This document shows positions 9,260 to 21,765 of a stretch of DNA of 46,005 nucleotides, piece by piece (position 1 is the stretch's first letter; each line of letters opens with the position of its first letter). Under the pieces are notes generated by a model that made no database searches, was not told where the DNA came from, and worked only from the letters and a program-made list of their open reading frames with translations. A program made the position numbers and the translations under genes. Origin of the DNA: Actinomycetota bacterium (GTDB taxonomy: Bacteria; Actinomycetota; Actinomycetes; S36-B12; UBA5976); the NCBI GenBank assembly GCA_017853815.1, contig JAFMIT010000001.1, forward strand, positions 1-46,005, read 5' to 3'.

Positions 9260-9347
9260 GAGGTAGGGTTCGCCTTTGTCGTGAGGCGTCTTAGCCGCTG
9301 TGCGACCAACCGTGAGTTGCTCACCGCTGGAGTCGAAAGGAGGGTCG

Positions 9348-12300
9348 ATGTATCTCAAGAGTTTGACGATGAAGGGCTTCAAGTCTTTTGCGTCCTCAAC
9401 GACCCTTCAGCTCGAACCAGGCATCACCTGCGTCGTCGGCCCCAATGGTTCAGGCAAATCGAATGTTGTCGATGCACTTGCGTGGGTAATGGGCGAGCAA
9501 GGTGCCAAGTCACTTCGTGGTGGCAAGATGGAAGACGTCATCTTTGCTGGCACCGTGGATCGCGCCCCACTTGGTCGCGCCGAAGTAATCCTCACCATCG
9601 ACAACACCGACGGTGCATTGCCGATCGACTACACCGAAGTCACGATCTCACGCATCATGTTCCGCAGTGGCGGATCGGAATACGCCATCAACGGTGAACC
9701 GTGCCGGCTTCTTGACATCCAAGAGTTGCTCTCTGACTCTGGCATCGGTCGCGAAATGCACGTCATCGTCGGACAGAATCAGCTCGACCAAATTCTTGGT
9801 GCCACTCCTGACGATCGCCGCGGCTTTATTGAAGAAGCCGCTGGTGTCCTCAAGCATCGCAAGCGCAAAGAAAAAGCGCTACGCAAACTTGAAGCCATGC
9901 AGGGCAACTTGCTACGTCTGACCGACCTTACGACCGAACTTCGACGTCAGCTGACACCTCTAGGCAAACAAGCCGAAGTGGCCCGACGTGCGCAAGTCAT
10001 CCAACTCGACCTTCGTGATTCCAAATCACGTCTTCTCGCCGATGATCTCGTTCAACTTCGCGAAGCGCTCGCCGCCGAAGTAGCAGACGAAACCGCATTG
10101 CGCGACAAGCGCTCTGAGGTCGAAACTGAACTTTCTGCACTGCAGTCGCGCGAAGCAGTTCTCGATGCCGAGATTCGCGCCGACGCTCCGTTAGTCGCCC
10201 GCCGCCAAGAAACCTGGTTCCGGCTCTCGAGTCTGCGCGAACGTTTCCACGGTACGGCATCACTGGCAGCCGAGCGGGTGCGCGTGCTTTCGCCAGTCGA
10301 AGAAGAAGCGCTTGGTCGAGATCCAGAAGAGCTAGAGGCCGAAGCCAAAGCCGCGCGCGAAGAAGCGGATGCGCTTGCAGCAGAAGTAATCACGGCGCGT
10401 ACTGCACTCGAAGCGTCGACAAAGCAGCGGGCCCAAGCAGAAGGTCAACTGGCAGAAGAAAATCGCCGACTTTCAGATATTGCTCGCGCTGCCGCAGATC
10501 ATCGCGATGGGCTGACGCGACTTTCTGGTCAAGTCGATGCGATGCGGCAACGAATTGAGACGCGCACCTCTGAGATTGCCCGACTGCAGGAACAGATTTC
10601 TTCTGCAGAAGAGCGTGCGTCTCAAGCGCAGAACGAATTTCTAGCTCGTGAATCCGAAATCGCTGGCCTCAACACTGACGAAGAAGGTCTAGACGCCGCT
10701 TACGAAACCGCTGCCGCAAAACTTGCAGCGGCCGAAGATGCGTTGAACGCACTCATCGCTGAAGAACAAAGTGCTGAGCGCGAACGCGCAAACCTTGCCG
10801 CCCGCGTGGAAGCGCTCGAGATGGCACTGTCGAATCAAGGCGGCGGCGCGGTTCTGCTGTCTGCCACCGAAACCGTCCCCGGTGTCCTTGGTTCTGTTGC
10901 GTCGCTCATCAAAGTTCGCAGCGGTTATGAGGACGCCATCGCGGTCGCGCTTGGTACTGCAGCCGATGCCGTGGTCGTTTCTGATGTGGACACTGCCATC
11001 GCCGCGTTCGTTCATCTGAAGAATGTTGATGCTGGCCGTGCGGGCGTTGTTATCGCACAGAGTGGCGCCTCGACTCAGTGGGATTTCCACCAGCTTCCCG
11101 CAGGTGCGATTCGCGCGACTGACGTAGTTCAAACGCCAGACAATGTTGGCTCGGCCATCGCAGCCTTGTTGCGCAACGTAGTTCTCGTCGAGTCGCTCTC
11201 TGATGCCCGTCTGGTGATTGCGCACAATCCTGATGCCGTCGCTGTGACGTCCGCGGGTGACGTGCTTGGTGCCGCCGCTGGTGCCGGCGGATCTGCGCAT
11301 GCTCCAAGTTTGATCCAAATGCAATCTGCGCTCGACGACGCTCGTGCGAAACGTGATGCGTTGAGTGATGTTGTTTCTCGGGCCAAGTTCGAACAGGTAG
11401 CAGCGACCGAAGCCGTCAAGAATGCACAGCGTGAAGCTGACGCACGATTGACGGTGCTCCATGAGTCGGACGCAGAGATGGCGGCGGTTGCTGAGCAGCT
11501 TGGCAATCTCGCTTCCGCTGTTCGCAACGCAAACGCCGAAGCTGATCGGCTTCGTAATGGCTTGGCGGCAGCGACGTCAGCATTGGCTGCTGATGAACTG
11601 TCATTGACCGAATTGCTTTCACGCCTTGAGGCCGCAGAGTCGGCCGACGTGGAGGTTGAACCATCGACCGAGACTCGCGACCGACTTTCGGCAGACGTCG
11701 AGACCGCTCGACAGACTGAAGTTGATGCCCGTTTGGCGGTGCGCACCAACGAGGAACGCCAGCGGGCTGCTTCGACGGCCGCTGACACTCTTGAGCGGGC
11801 TGCACGTGACGAACGTGAATCGCGTCGTCGGTTCGCCGAACGCAAAGAGCGCCGTGCGCGCGAAGCAGCAGTTGCAACCTCGGTACTGAAGGGCACCGAG
11901 ATTGCACTTTCGTGGCTCGAAGTCTCACTCCAGCAGGCGTCGAACGAACGAACCGCAGCTGAACGACAGCGCGATGCTCGTGACGTCGAAATCACCGCAG
12001 TACGTGCGCGCATTCGTGAACTTTCGGGTGAACTTGAACGTTTGGTATCTGATGTTCACCGAGATGAAGTTGCTCGAGCTGAGCAGCGATTGCGCATCGA
12101 GGCGCTCGAGAACAAGGCCATGGAAGAACTCGGTCTTGATGTAGACACATTGCTTGAAGAATTTGGACCGCACAACTTGGTCCCACCATCGCCACCAGCT
12201 CCTGGCGATGAGATTGATCCGAATGCACCTGCGCCAGAGCCATACCCCTATGTTCGCGAGCAGCAAGAAAAGCGTCTCAAGCAAGCTGAACGTGGCCTGA

Positions 12301-12917
12301 ATCTCTTGGGCAAAGTTAATCCTCTGGCACTTGAAGAATTTGCGGCTCTCGAAGAGCGTCATCAGTTCTTGAACGCTCAACTCGATGACTTGCGCAAGTC
12401 CAAGAATGATCTGATGGCCATCATCAAAGATGTTGATGAACGTGTCCAACAAGTATTTGCAGAAGCGTTCGCCGATACCGCTCGCGAGTTCGAAGGAATC
12501 TTCTCGCGGCTGTTCCCCGGTGGCGAAGGCCGACTTGTTCTCACCAATCCAGATGACTTGCTCACCACAGGTATCGAGGTCGAAGCTCGCCCGCCTGGCA
12601 AGAAACTGAAGCGACTTTCGTTGCTTTCTGGCGGCGAGCGATCGCTGACAGCGGTTGCGTTCTTGGTCGCGCTTTTCAAAGCCCGCCCAAGTCCTTTCTA
12701 CGTCATGGACGAAGTTGAAGCTGCCCTCGACGATGTGAACCTCGGTCGTTTGATCGAGTTGATGAAGGAGCTGCAAGAAAGCAGCCAGTTGATTGTCATC
12801 ACTCACCAGAAGCGGACAATGGAAATCGCTGACGCGCTGTACGGCGTCACCATGCGTGGCGATGGTGTGTCTGCAGTGATTAGCCAGCGACTCGCAGACG
12901 TTCGGGATAGCGCCTAG
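9348..12917 (+). CDS. smc: chromosome partition protein Smc
   Basis: 'MYLKSLTMKGFKSF' and Walker A 'GPNGSGKSN'. Very long coiled coils around a hinge. C-terminal 'LSGGERSL' signature and Walker B 'FYVMDEVEAALD'. The ATG at 9348 follows AAGGAGGG. The ORF-track start at 9300 adds an implausible extension. Confidence 0.95.
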   Translation: MYLKSLTMKGFKSFASSTTLQLEPGITCVVGPNGSGKSNVVDALAWVMGEQGAKSLRGGKMEDVIFAGTVDRAPLGRAEVILTIDNTDGALPIDYTEVTISRIMFRSGGSEYAINGEPCRLLDIQELLSDSGIGREMHVIVGQNQLDQILGATPDDRRGFIEEAAGVLKHRKRKEKALRKLEAMQGNLLRLTDLTTELRRQLTPLGKQAEVARRAQVIQLDLRDSKSRLLADDLVQLREALAAEVADETALRDKRSEVETELSALQSREAVLDAEIRADAPLVARRQETWFRLSSLRERFHGTASLAAERVRVLSPVEEEALGRDPEELEAEAKAAREEADALAAEVITARTALEASTKQRAQAEGQLAEENRRLSDIARAAADHRDGLTRLSGQVDAMRQRIETRTSEIARLQEQISSAEERASQAQNEFLARESEIAGLNTDEEGLDAAYETAAAKLAAAEDALNALIAEEQSAERERANLAARVEALEMALSNQGGGAVLLSATETVPGVLGSVASLIKVRSGYEDAIAVALGTAADAVVVSDVDTAIAAFVHLKNVDAGRAGVVIAQSGASTQWDFHQLPAGAIRATDVVQTPDNVGSAIAALLRNVVLVESLSDARLVIAHNPDAVAVTSAGDVLGAAAGAGGSAHAPSLIQMQSALDDARAKRDALSDVVSRAKFEQVAATEAVKNAQREADARLTVLHESDAEMAAVAEQLGNLASAVRNANAEADRLRNGLAAATSALAADELSLTELLSRLEAAESADVEVEPSTETRDRLSADVETARQTEVDARLAVRTNEERQRAASTAADTLERAARDERESRRRFAERKERRAREAAVATSVLKGTEIALSWLEVSLQQASNERTAAERQRDARDVEITAVRARIRELSGELERLVSDVHRDEVARAEQRLRIEALENKAMEELGLDVDTLLEEFGPHNLVPPSPPAPGDEIDPNAPAPEPYPYVREQQEKRLKQAERGLNLLGKVNPLALEEFAALEERHQFLNAQLDDLRKSKNDLMAIIKDVDERVQQVFAEAFADTAREFEGIFSRLFPGGEGRLVLTNPDDLLTTGIEVEARPPGKKLKRLSLLSGGERSLTAVAFLVALFKARPSPFYVMDEVEAALDDVNLGRLIELMKELQESSQLIVITHQKRTMEIADALYGVTMRGDGVSAVISQRLADVRDSA

Positions 12918-12919
12918 CC

Positions 12920-13894
12920 ATGGCATTCATGAAGCGCTTCTTTGCTCGCAAAGACGCCAATGAAGAATCGACGAGAACCGAGTCATCGTCACCAACCACC
13001 ACCGAGAAGCGGACCCTCAAAGGTCGCCTGTCGCGCACGTCGGGAGGCTTTGGGCAAGCTCTGAGATCTGCTTTCGGTGCGCATACTGATGAAGAAATCT
13101 GGCAAGGCGTTGAAGACGCGCTACTGATGGCAGACGTGGGGATTGCAGCGACTCAAAAGATTGTGTCCGCGGCGCGTAAGCGAGCGGGTCGGACGGCGAC
13201 AGAAGTTGAAGTGCTTTCCGCACTCAAGGCCGAAATTCGTGCGATTCTTGATGATCACTCCGACCGCGACGTTCACGGCTCCGAAGAGGGAATGTCAGTT
13301 GTCCTCGTCGTCGGTGTGAACGGCACTGGCAAAACGACGAGCACTGGCAAACTCGCTCACCGCTGGGTTCAAGAGGGTTTCTCAGTTGTGTTGGGAGCCG
13401 CAGATACCTTTCGAGCGGCTGCCGCAGACCAATTGGAGACGTGGGCAACGCGAGCTGGCGCGACGATTGTTCGCGGTCCAGAGCAGGGCGACCCAGCAGC
13501 CGTCGCATTCGATGCAGTGTCTCGCGGCCTTGAGCTAGGCGCTGACGTGGTTCTCCTCGACACTGCCGGGCGGCTCCACACCAAGGCCGGGTTGATGGAC
13601 GAGCTGTCCAAGATTCGCAGGGTGGTTGAGCGACGGGCAGCAATCGATGAGGTCTTGCTGGTGATTGATGCCACGACTGGCCAAAACGGAGTTGCGCAAG
13701 CAAAAGTGTTCGCCGAAGCCGTCGATGTCACGGGCATTGTGCTCTCCAAATTGGATGGCACTGCCAAGGGTGGCGTCGTCATCGCGGTGCAGGAGCTTCT
13801 CGGAGTACCCGTGAAATACGTCGGCATCGGCGAAGGTGTTGAAGACCTCATTGACTTCAACGCAACAGATTTCGTCGACGCGTTGTTTGAGTAG
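12920..13894 (+). CDS. ftsY: signal recognition particle receptor FtsY
   Basis: 'GVNGTGKTTSTGKLA', 'DTAGRLH' and 'SKLDGTAKGG' SRP-GTPase motifs. Confidence 0.94.
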   Translation: MAFMKRFFARKDANEESTRTESSSPTTTEKRTLKGRLSRTSGGFGQALRSAFGAHTDEEIWQGVEDALLMADVGIAATQKIVSAARKRAGRTATEVEVLSALKAEIRAILDDHSDRDVHGSEEGMSVVLVVGVNGTGKTTSTGKLAHRWVQEGFSVVLGAADTFRAAAADQLETWATRAGATIVRGPEQGDPAAVAFDAVSRGLELGADVVLLDTAGRLHTKAGLMDELSKIRRVVERRAAIDEVLLVIDATTGQNGVAQAKVFAEAVDVTGIVLSKLDGTAKGGVVIAVQELLGVPVKYVGIGEGVEDLIDFNATDFVDALFE

Positions 13895-13902
13895 GAGTTG
13901 TC

Positions 13903-14181
13903 GTGACTGAACCACGCGCACCGCGGTATGACGGCAAGCAGGTCCTCAAGAGTTACGGGTTCGCGCTCGCGATCTTGCTACTCCCGACTCTGTTGGTGCT
14001 CAACACCAAATACGGGACTCTGGCTTTCCCTTTCTACCTCGGCATGTTCATTTATGGCATTAGTGGTCTGCTCAAGACAGATTTGGTCGAGCGCAGCAAG
14101 GGATTTGCGTCACTGCTCGGGTGCGGAACGGTCATCGTGTTGCTGATTCCCGTCACCATCATGCTGTACGTCTCGCAGTAA
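13903..14181 (+). CDS. small hypothetical membrane protein (about 3 TM segments)
   Basis: GTG start after GTAGGAG. Hydrophobic segments 'FALAILLLPTLLVL', 'FPFYLGMFIYGISGLL' and 'LGCGTVIVLLIPVTIMLYV'. I recognised no family. Confidence 0.5.
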   Translation: MTEPRAPRYDGKQVLKSYGFALAILLLPTLLVLNTKYGTLAFPFYLGMFIYGISGLLKTDLVERSKGFASLLGCGTVIVLLIPVTIMLYVSQ

Positions 14182-14241
14182 CAGGCTTGATGCAGTGTTT
14201 CGGGCCCGTTGGCGCGATTGACGCTCAAAACCCTGGGTTTC

Positions 14242-14308
14242 GTAACATTCGTAACATTCTCGACCCAGAGTTGTAACTCAAATTCGGAACTTGTCACATT
14301 CTCGCAAC
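14242..14308 (+). promoter_or_regulatory. GlnR-box-like operator array upstream of amtB-1
   Basis: Pentamers repeat with an ~11-nt phase: GTAAC(14251)-n6-GACCC(14262)-n6-GTAAC(14273), then GTCAC(14293)-attctc-GCAAC(14304). These match the actinobacterial gTnAc-n6-GaAAc pattern. There is also an exact tandem 9-mer gtaacattc x2 (14242-14259). Confidence 0.45.
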
Positions 14309-14386
14309 GCACAGTGCAGCGGATGCGAAACATGACGTGTCCATTCTTCGCCCTGTCCGATACACAACTACGGAAGAGGGTGTGAC

Positions 14387-16043
<1,657 letters not shown>

Positions 16044-16071
16044 GCACTCGCACTCTAGAAACCAATGATGG

Positions 16072-16107
16072 CCAGCCGGAGTCACCGCCGCAGTTGACTC
16101 CGGCTGG
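16072..16107 (+). terminator. strong 13-bp hairpin between the two amtB-glnK units (terminator or attenuator without a clear U-tract)
   Basis: ccagccggagtca (16072-16084) is perfectly complementary to tgactccggctgg (16095-16107), with a 10-nt loop. Only a weak T-rich tail (tcatgttggttg) follows. Confidence 0.45.
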
Positions 16108-16120
16108 TCATGTTGGTTGC

Positions 16121-16158
16121 GTAACACTGCCGTAATAAACGAAACAAGGTTTCGAAAC
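16121..16158 (+). promoter_or_regulatory. GlnR-box-like operator upstream of amtB-2
   Basis: GTAAC(16121)-actgcc-GTAAT(16132)...GAAAC(16141)...GAAAC(16154, in 11-nt phase with 16121). Includes the perfect 10-bp palindrome gtttcgaaac (16149-16158). Confidence 0.45.
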
Positions 16159-16205
16159 GAAGACCGACCACAGTTCGCCCACCATCGATAGATGAGAGGG
16201 AACTC

Positions 16206-17869
<1,664 letters not shown>

Positions 17870-17887
17870 AGACTGACTGCTTTCGCT

Positions 17888-20221
17888 ATGACCACAATTG
17901 CCGAACTCACTGCCGATTTTTCTCGGCGGCGGGCGCTGCTTGTGGCCCGCGATAGAGCGTCAAGTCCAGAACTTCGAGGCGAGCTCGTGGAGCTGTGCGA
18001 CGAATGGCTGGGAGCCATTGCGCGTGCTGCCAACATTGATTCTTCGCGAGTGGCGCTCGTCGCTGTCGGCGGCTTCGGACGTCGGGAGCTCTGTGCTTCA
18101 AGCGATCTTGATTTGTTGCTGCTTCACCACCCCGATGAAGTGCCATCGGTGATGGCGAAACTTGCAGAGCAGATTTGGTACCCAGTGTGGGATAGCGGCA
18201 TAGCCCTCGATCACAGTGTTCGGGACGTGGCCCAAGCGCGAAAACTTGCTTCTCAAGATCTCAAAGTCGTGCTCGGTTTACTGGACGCGCGCACCATTGT
18301 GGGTGACGATTCTCTGACCCAATCCCTTCGCACAAGCGTTCTCGGTGATTGGCGGGGGATGGCGAAAGATCGCCTGCCAGAACTCAAAGAGACGGTAGAC
18401 GAACGCCGTAATCGACTCGGCGACTTGTCTCATCTATTAGAGCCAGACCTCAAAGAGGCCTACGGTGGACTGCGTGATGCAACTGTCCTCCGGGCTATTG
18501 CCGCAAGTTGGATTACAGACATTGATCACGCGAGCACAGCGCCGGCTGTTGAGCATCTGCTACGTATTCGTGATGCGTTGCATCGCGTTACAGGTCGGCC
18601 GACCGATCGGTTGTCGATGCATGACCAGGCGGATGTCGCTGCACTGCAATCTGAAGGTACCGATGATGACTTGTTGAAGTCTGTGTTTGTCGCGGGCCGA
18701 TCCATCGCCGTGGCGTCGGATGTTGCGTGGCATCGAGTGGGCAGACTCACCACCAAGACGTCCAGACTTCGACGACTCGGTGCACCTAAAGAAAACCGCA
18801 CGCCGCTTGCTGACGGCGTTGTCGTTCAAGACGGTGAAGTCGTGTTGGCCCTCGATGCACGACCAGCCGAGGATCCCGTCCTCGTCTTGCGTGCTGCTGC
18901 CGCCGCAGCCCAAGCATCACTGCCGCTCGCACCGCACACTGTCGCGAGATTGGCCAACGAATCCGTACCGCTGCGTAGCCCTTGGCCGGCTGAAGCCAGG
19001 CAAGCACTCGTTTCTCTGCTCGGCGCCGGCACAGGTGCGATTGCTGTCTGGGAAGCGCTTGATCAAGCTGGAATCATTGAGAAGCTGCTGCCTCAGTGGA
19101 GCGTCATTCGTGCGGCCCCACAGCGCAATGCGCTTCACATATTTACCGTCGACAGGCATTCGCTCGAGTGCGCAGTTCAAGCGGCGCGATTGACGCGAAA
19201 TGTGAGTCGCCCGGACCTCTTGCTCGTCGGTGCACTGTTTCACGACATCGGTAAAGCACGCGGCGAAGATCACTGCGGCAAAGGTGCGGCACTGATGCAA
19301 AACATCGCGCCTGCACTTGGTTTCAATGTCGGCGACACCGCGATTTTGACCGCGATGGTTCAACACCATTTGTTGATTGCTGAGTCCGCCACTCGACGAG
19401 ACCTCGAAGATCCCGCAACAATTTCGTTTGTTGCGGAGTCGGTGCAGACTCACGAACTACTTGATTTGCTCCACAATCTCACGATTGCTGATTCACTCGC
19501 CACCGGTCCACAGATCTGGTCTGACTGGAAGTCTCGGCTGATTGAGCAATTGGTGTCCAGAACTCATGCGGCTCTTGCGGGTGATGAGTTAGAACCATTG
19601 AGTGCGCTGTCGGATCGTTTTCCGTGGACAGTCGCGCCTGGACAAACCTTGCTCGAGATTTCACCGCATGCAGGTTCAGCGACCATTTATCTAGCCACGC
19701 CAGACCGAGTCGGTCTTGTCGAAGCAGTAGCAGGAGCGCTGTCTCTCCAACGACTCGATGTGCGCACAGCGAATCTGGACACTGTCGGTGGGGTTGCGTA
19801 TCAGGAATGGTCAGTGGCCCCTCAATTTGGCGATGCTCCATCGGTGGAACTGATTCGTGCCGAGATTGAAGCGGCGCTAGCCGATGTGGCGCAGGTCGCG
19901 GCCAGAATTGAAAGACTCTCGGCGGTGAGACCGGTGCGTCGTGGCTTTGTTCCGCCGCCGCCGCGCATTCGCGCGCTTCCGCATGCATCTCAACGATCAA
20001 CCGTTGTCGAGGTGCGCGCACATGACGCGCCGGCACTACTTTTTCGAGTCACCGAAGCGTTGGCGGAACTCGACGTTTCCATCACTTCGGCGCGTGTGCT
20101 CACGCTCGGAAGCGAAGTGGTCGATGTGTTGTATCTGCAAGATGTAACCGGTCAACCACTCTCTGTAACCGCGACCGAAAACTCGATTGCAGCGATTAGC
20201 GCGGCACTTCTCGGCGATTGA
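17888..20221 (+). CDS. glnD: [protein-PII] uridylyl/adenylyl-transferase GlnD
   Basis: Nucleotidyltransferase motif 'GGFGRRELCASSDLDLLLL'. HD domain 'LFHDIGK'. Two C-terminal ACT-like segments. amtB-glnK-glnD synteny. Confidence 0.92.
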   Translation: MTTIAELTADFSRRRALLVARDRASSPELRGELVELCDEWLGAIARAANIDSSRVALVAVGGFGRRELCASSDLDLLLLHHPDEVPSVMAKLAEQIWYPVWDSGIALDHSVRDVAQARKLASQDLKVVLGLLDARTIVGDDSLTQSLRTSVLGDWRGMAKDRLPELKETVDERRNRLGDLSHLLEPDLKEAYGGLRDATVLRAIAASWITDIDHASTAPAVEHLLRIRDALHRVTGRPTDRLSMHDQADVAALQSEGTDDDLLKSVFVAGRSIAVASDVAWHRVGRLTTKTSRLRRLGAPKENRTPLADGVVVQDGEVVLALDARPAEDPVLVLRAAAAAAQASLPLAPHTVARLANESVPLRSPWPAEARQALVSLLGAGTGAIAVWEALDQAGIIEKLLPQWSVIRAAPQRNALHIFTVDRHSLECAVQAARLTRNVSRPDLLLVGALFHDIGKARGEDHCGKGAALMQNIAPALGFNVGDTAILTAMVQHHLLIAESATRRDLEDPATISFVAESVQTHELLDLLHNLTIADSLATGPQIWSDWKSRLIEQLVSRTHAALAGDELEPLSALSDRFPWTVAPGQTLLEISPHAGSATIYLATPDRVGLVEAVAGALSLQRLDVRTANLDTVGGVAYQEWSVAPQFGDAPSVELIRAEIEAALADVAQVAARIERLSAVRPVRRGFVPPPPRIRALPHASQRSTVVEVRAHDAPALLFRVTEALAELDVSITSARVLTLGSEVVDVLYLQDVTGQPLSVTATENSIAAISAALLGD

Positions 20222-20263
20222 ATAGCTGACCAATAGCCTTAACCCCGATTCATCGGAGGAACA

Positions 20264-21742
20264 ATGTTTGGGCAGCTGTCAGATCGACTCAGTGCGACCT
20301 TTAGATCACTTCGTGGTCGGGGAAAGCTCTCTGAGGCCGACGTCGCCAACGTCGTTCAAGAAATTCGCATAGCCCTTCTCGACGCCGACGTGTCGTTACC
20401 AGTGGTGCGCGCGTTTTGTGAACGGATCAAAGAGCGGGCAGTTGGCATCGAGGTTTCGCAAGCGCTCAACCCTGGCCAACAAGTTGTCAAAATCGTCCAT
20501 GAAGAACTGGTCCACATTCTCGGCGGCGAACAAAGAAGAGTTCGGTTCGCGAAGAAGCCACCAACAGTCATCATGCTCGTTGGTTTGCAAGGCGCGGGCA
20601 AGACCACACTCGCTGGAAAGCTCGCCGCTCACTTCGCCTCGCAGTCGCATACCCCGCTTCTCGTGGCTGCTGATCTTCAGCGCCCCAACGCGGTCGATCA
20701 ACTCAAAGTGGTTGCGGGCAATGCCAAGGTGGCGGTGTTCGCACCTGAAGCGGGCAACGGCAGTGGCGACCCTGTTGTAGTTGCTCGAGATGCGATTGCG
20801 TTCGCGCAGCAGAAGCTTCACGACATGGTCATCATCGACACGGCCGGTCGACTCGCCCTTGACGATGAACTGATGTCTCAGGCTCGCTCGATTCGCGACG
20901 CGGTGTCACCCGACGAAGTCCTGTTTGTGGTCGACGCGATGATCGGTCAGGACGCAGTGAATACTGCTCAAGCCTTCCAGGCTGGAGTTGGATTCGATGG
21001 CGTTGTCCTCACCAAACTTGATGGCGATGCCCGCGGCGGTGCTGCGCTCTCCATCCGCGAAGTGACTGGTGCGCCGATTATGTTCGCAAGCACCGGTGAA
21101 AAGCTCGCTGACTTCGAGCCTTTCTATCCCGACCGCATGGCTTCGCGCATTTTGGATCTCGGCGATGTGATGTCGCTGATTGAACAAGCCGAACGCTCTA
21201 TCGATGCAGATCAACGTGAGAAGTTTGCCGCCAAAATGGCTGCGGGCGACGATTTCACTCTCGAGGATTTCCTCGATCAATTGCTTGCAGTCAAAAATAT
21301 GGGACCGCTCGGCAAAGTATTGGGCATGCTGCCTGGTGCTGGTCAGATGAAGCAGCAGATTGATTCTGTCGATGATAAGGACATGGATCGAACGGCGGCG
21401 ATTATTCGATCGATGACACCTGCCGAACGCACGAACCCCAAGATCCTCAACGGTTCGCGGCGATTGCGCATTGCTAACGGTTCAGGCACCAAAGTGTCCG
21501 ACGTCAATAGTCTCGTCGATCGCTTTGCGATTGCGCAGAAGATGATGAAGCAGATGTCGAAAGGTGGCATGCCGCAGATGCCTGGCATGCCTGCCGTTCC
21601 CGGGATGGGCGGCATGCGTCCACCAAAGCAGCAACAGATTCAAAAGAAGAAAAGTCGCAGTGGCAATCCGGCAAAGAGAGCCGCGGAAGAGTCGGGGGAG
21701 TCATTCAAACTTCCAGGAGCCTTCAAGGGGCTCGTGGATTAG
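20264..21742 (+). CDS. ffh: signal recognition particle protein Ffh
   Basis: 'GLQGAGKTT', 'DTAGRL' and 'TKLDGDARGG'. Met-rich M domain ('MPQMPGMPAVPGMGGM'). Confidence 0.95.
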   Translation: MFGQLSDRLSATFRSLRGRGKLSEADVANVVQEIRIALLDADVSLPVVRAFCERIKERAVGIEVSQALNPGQQVVKIVHEELVHILGGEQRRVRFAKKPPTVIMLVGLQGAGKTTLAGKLAAHFASQSHTPLLVAADLQRPNAVDQLKVVAGNAKVAVFAPEAGNGSGDPVVVARDAIAFAQQKLHDMVIIDTAGRLALDDELMSQARSIRDAVSPDEVLFVVDAMIGQDAVNTAQAFQAGVGFDGVVLTKLDGDARGGAALSIREVTGAPIMFASTGEKLADFEPFYPDRMASRILDLGDVMSLIEQAERSIDADQREKFAAKMAAGDDFTLEDFLDQLLAVKNMGPLGKVLGMLPGAGQMKQQIDSVDDKDMDRTAAIIRSMTPAERTNPKILNGSRRLRIANGSGTKVSDVNSLVDRFAIAQKMMKQMSKGGMPQMPGMPAVPGMGGMRPPKQQQIQKKKSRSGNPAKRAAEESGESFKLPGAFKGLVD

Positions 21743-21765
21743 TGCACCATTAGAAAGGAAACATA

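Noticed and set aside
10689-12926. Long antisense ORFs inside smc: 10689-11462 (257 aa), 11129-12013 (294 aa), 11416-11928 (170 aa) and 11925-12926 (333 aa), all on the minus strand.
   Set aside because: They lie entirely within a confidently identified smc reading frame. Their Arg/Ser/Ala-rich, low-complexity composition is typical of shadow frames in GC-rich coding DNA. They have no RBS and no recognisable motifs.
14201-14208. The CGGGCCCG palindrome after the small membrane protein gene, as a possible terminator.
   Set aside because: An 8-bp palindrome with no loop cannot form a useful hairpin, and no U-tract follows.
16184-16193. ATCGATAGAT, resembling an AmtR-type (CTAT-N-ATAG) box, just upstream of amtB-2.
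   Set aside because: It is only a partial match and sits directly against the RBS. The surrounding region fits the GlnR-type pattern better. AmtR is a Corynebacteriales-type regulator, and I cannot place this genome there.
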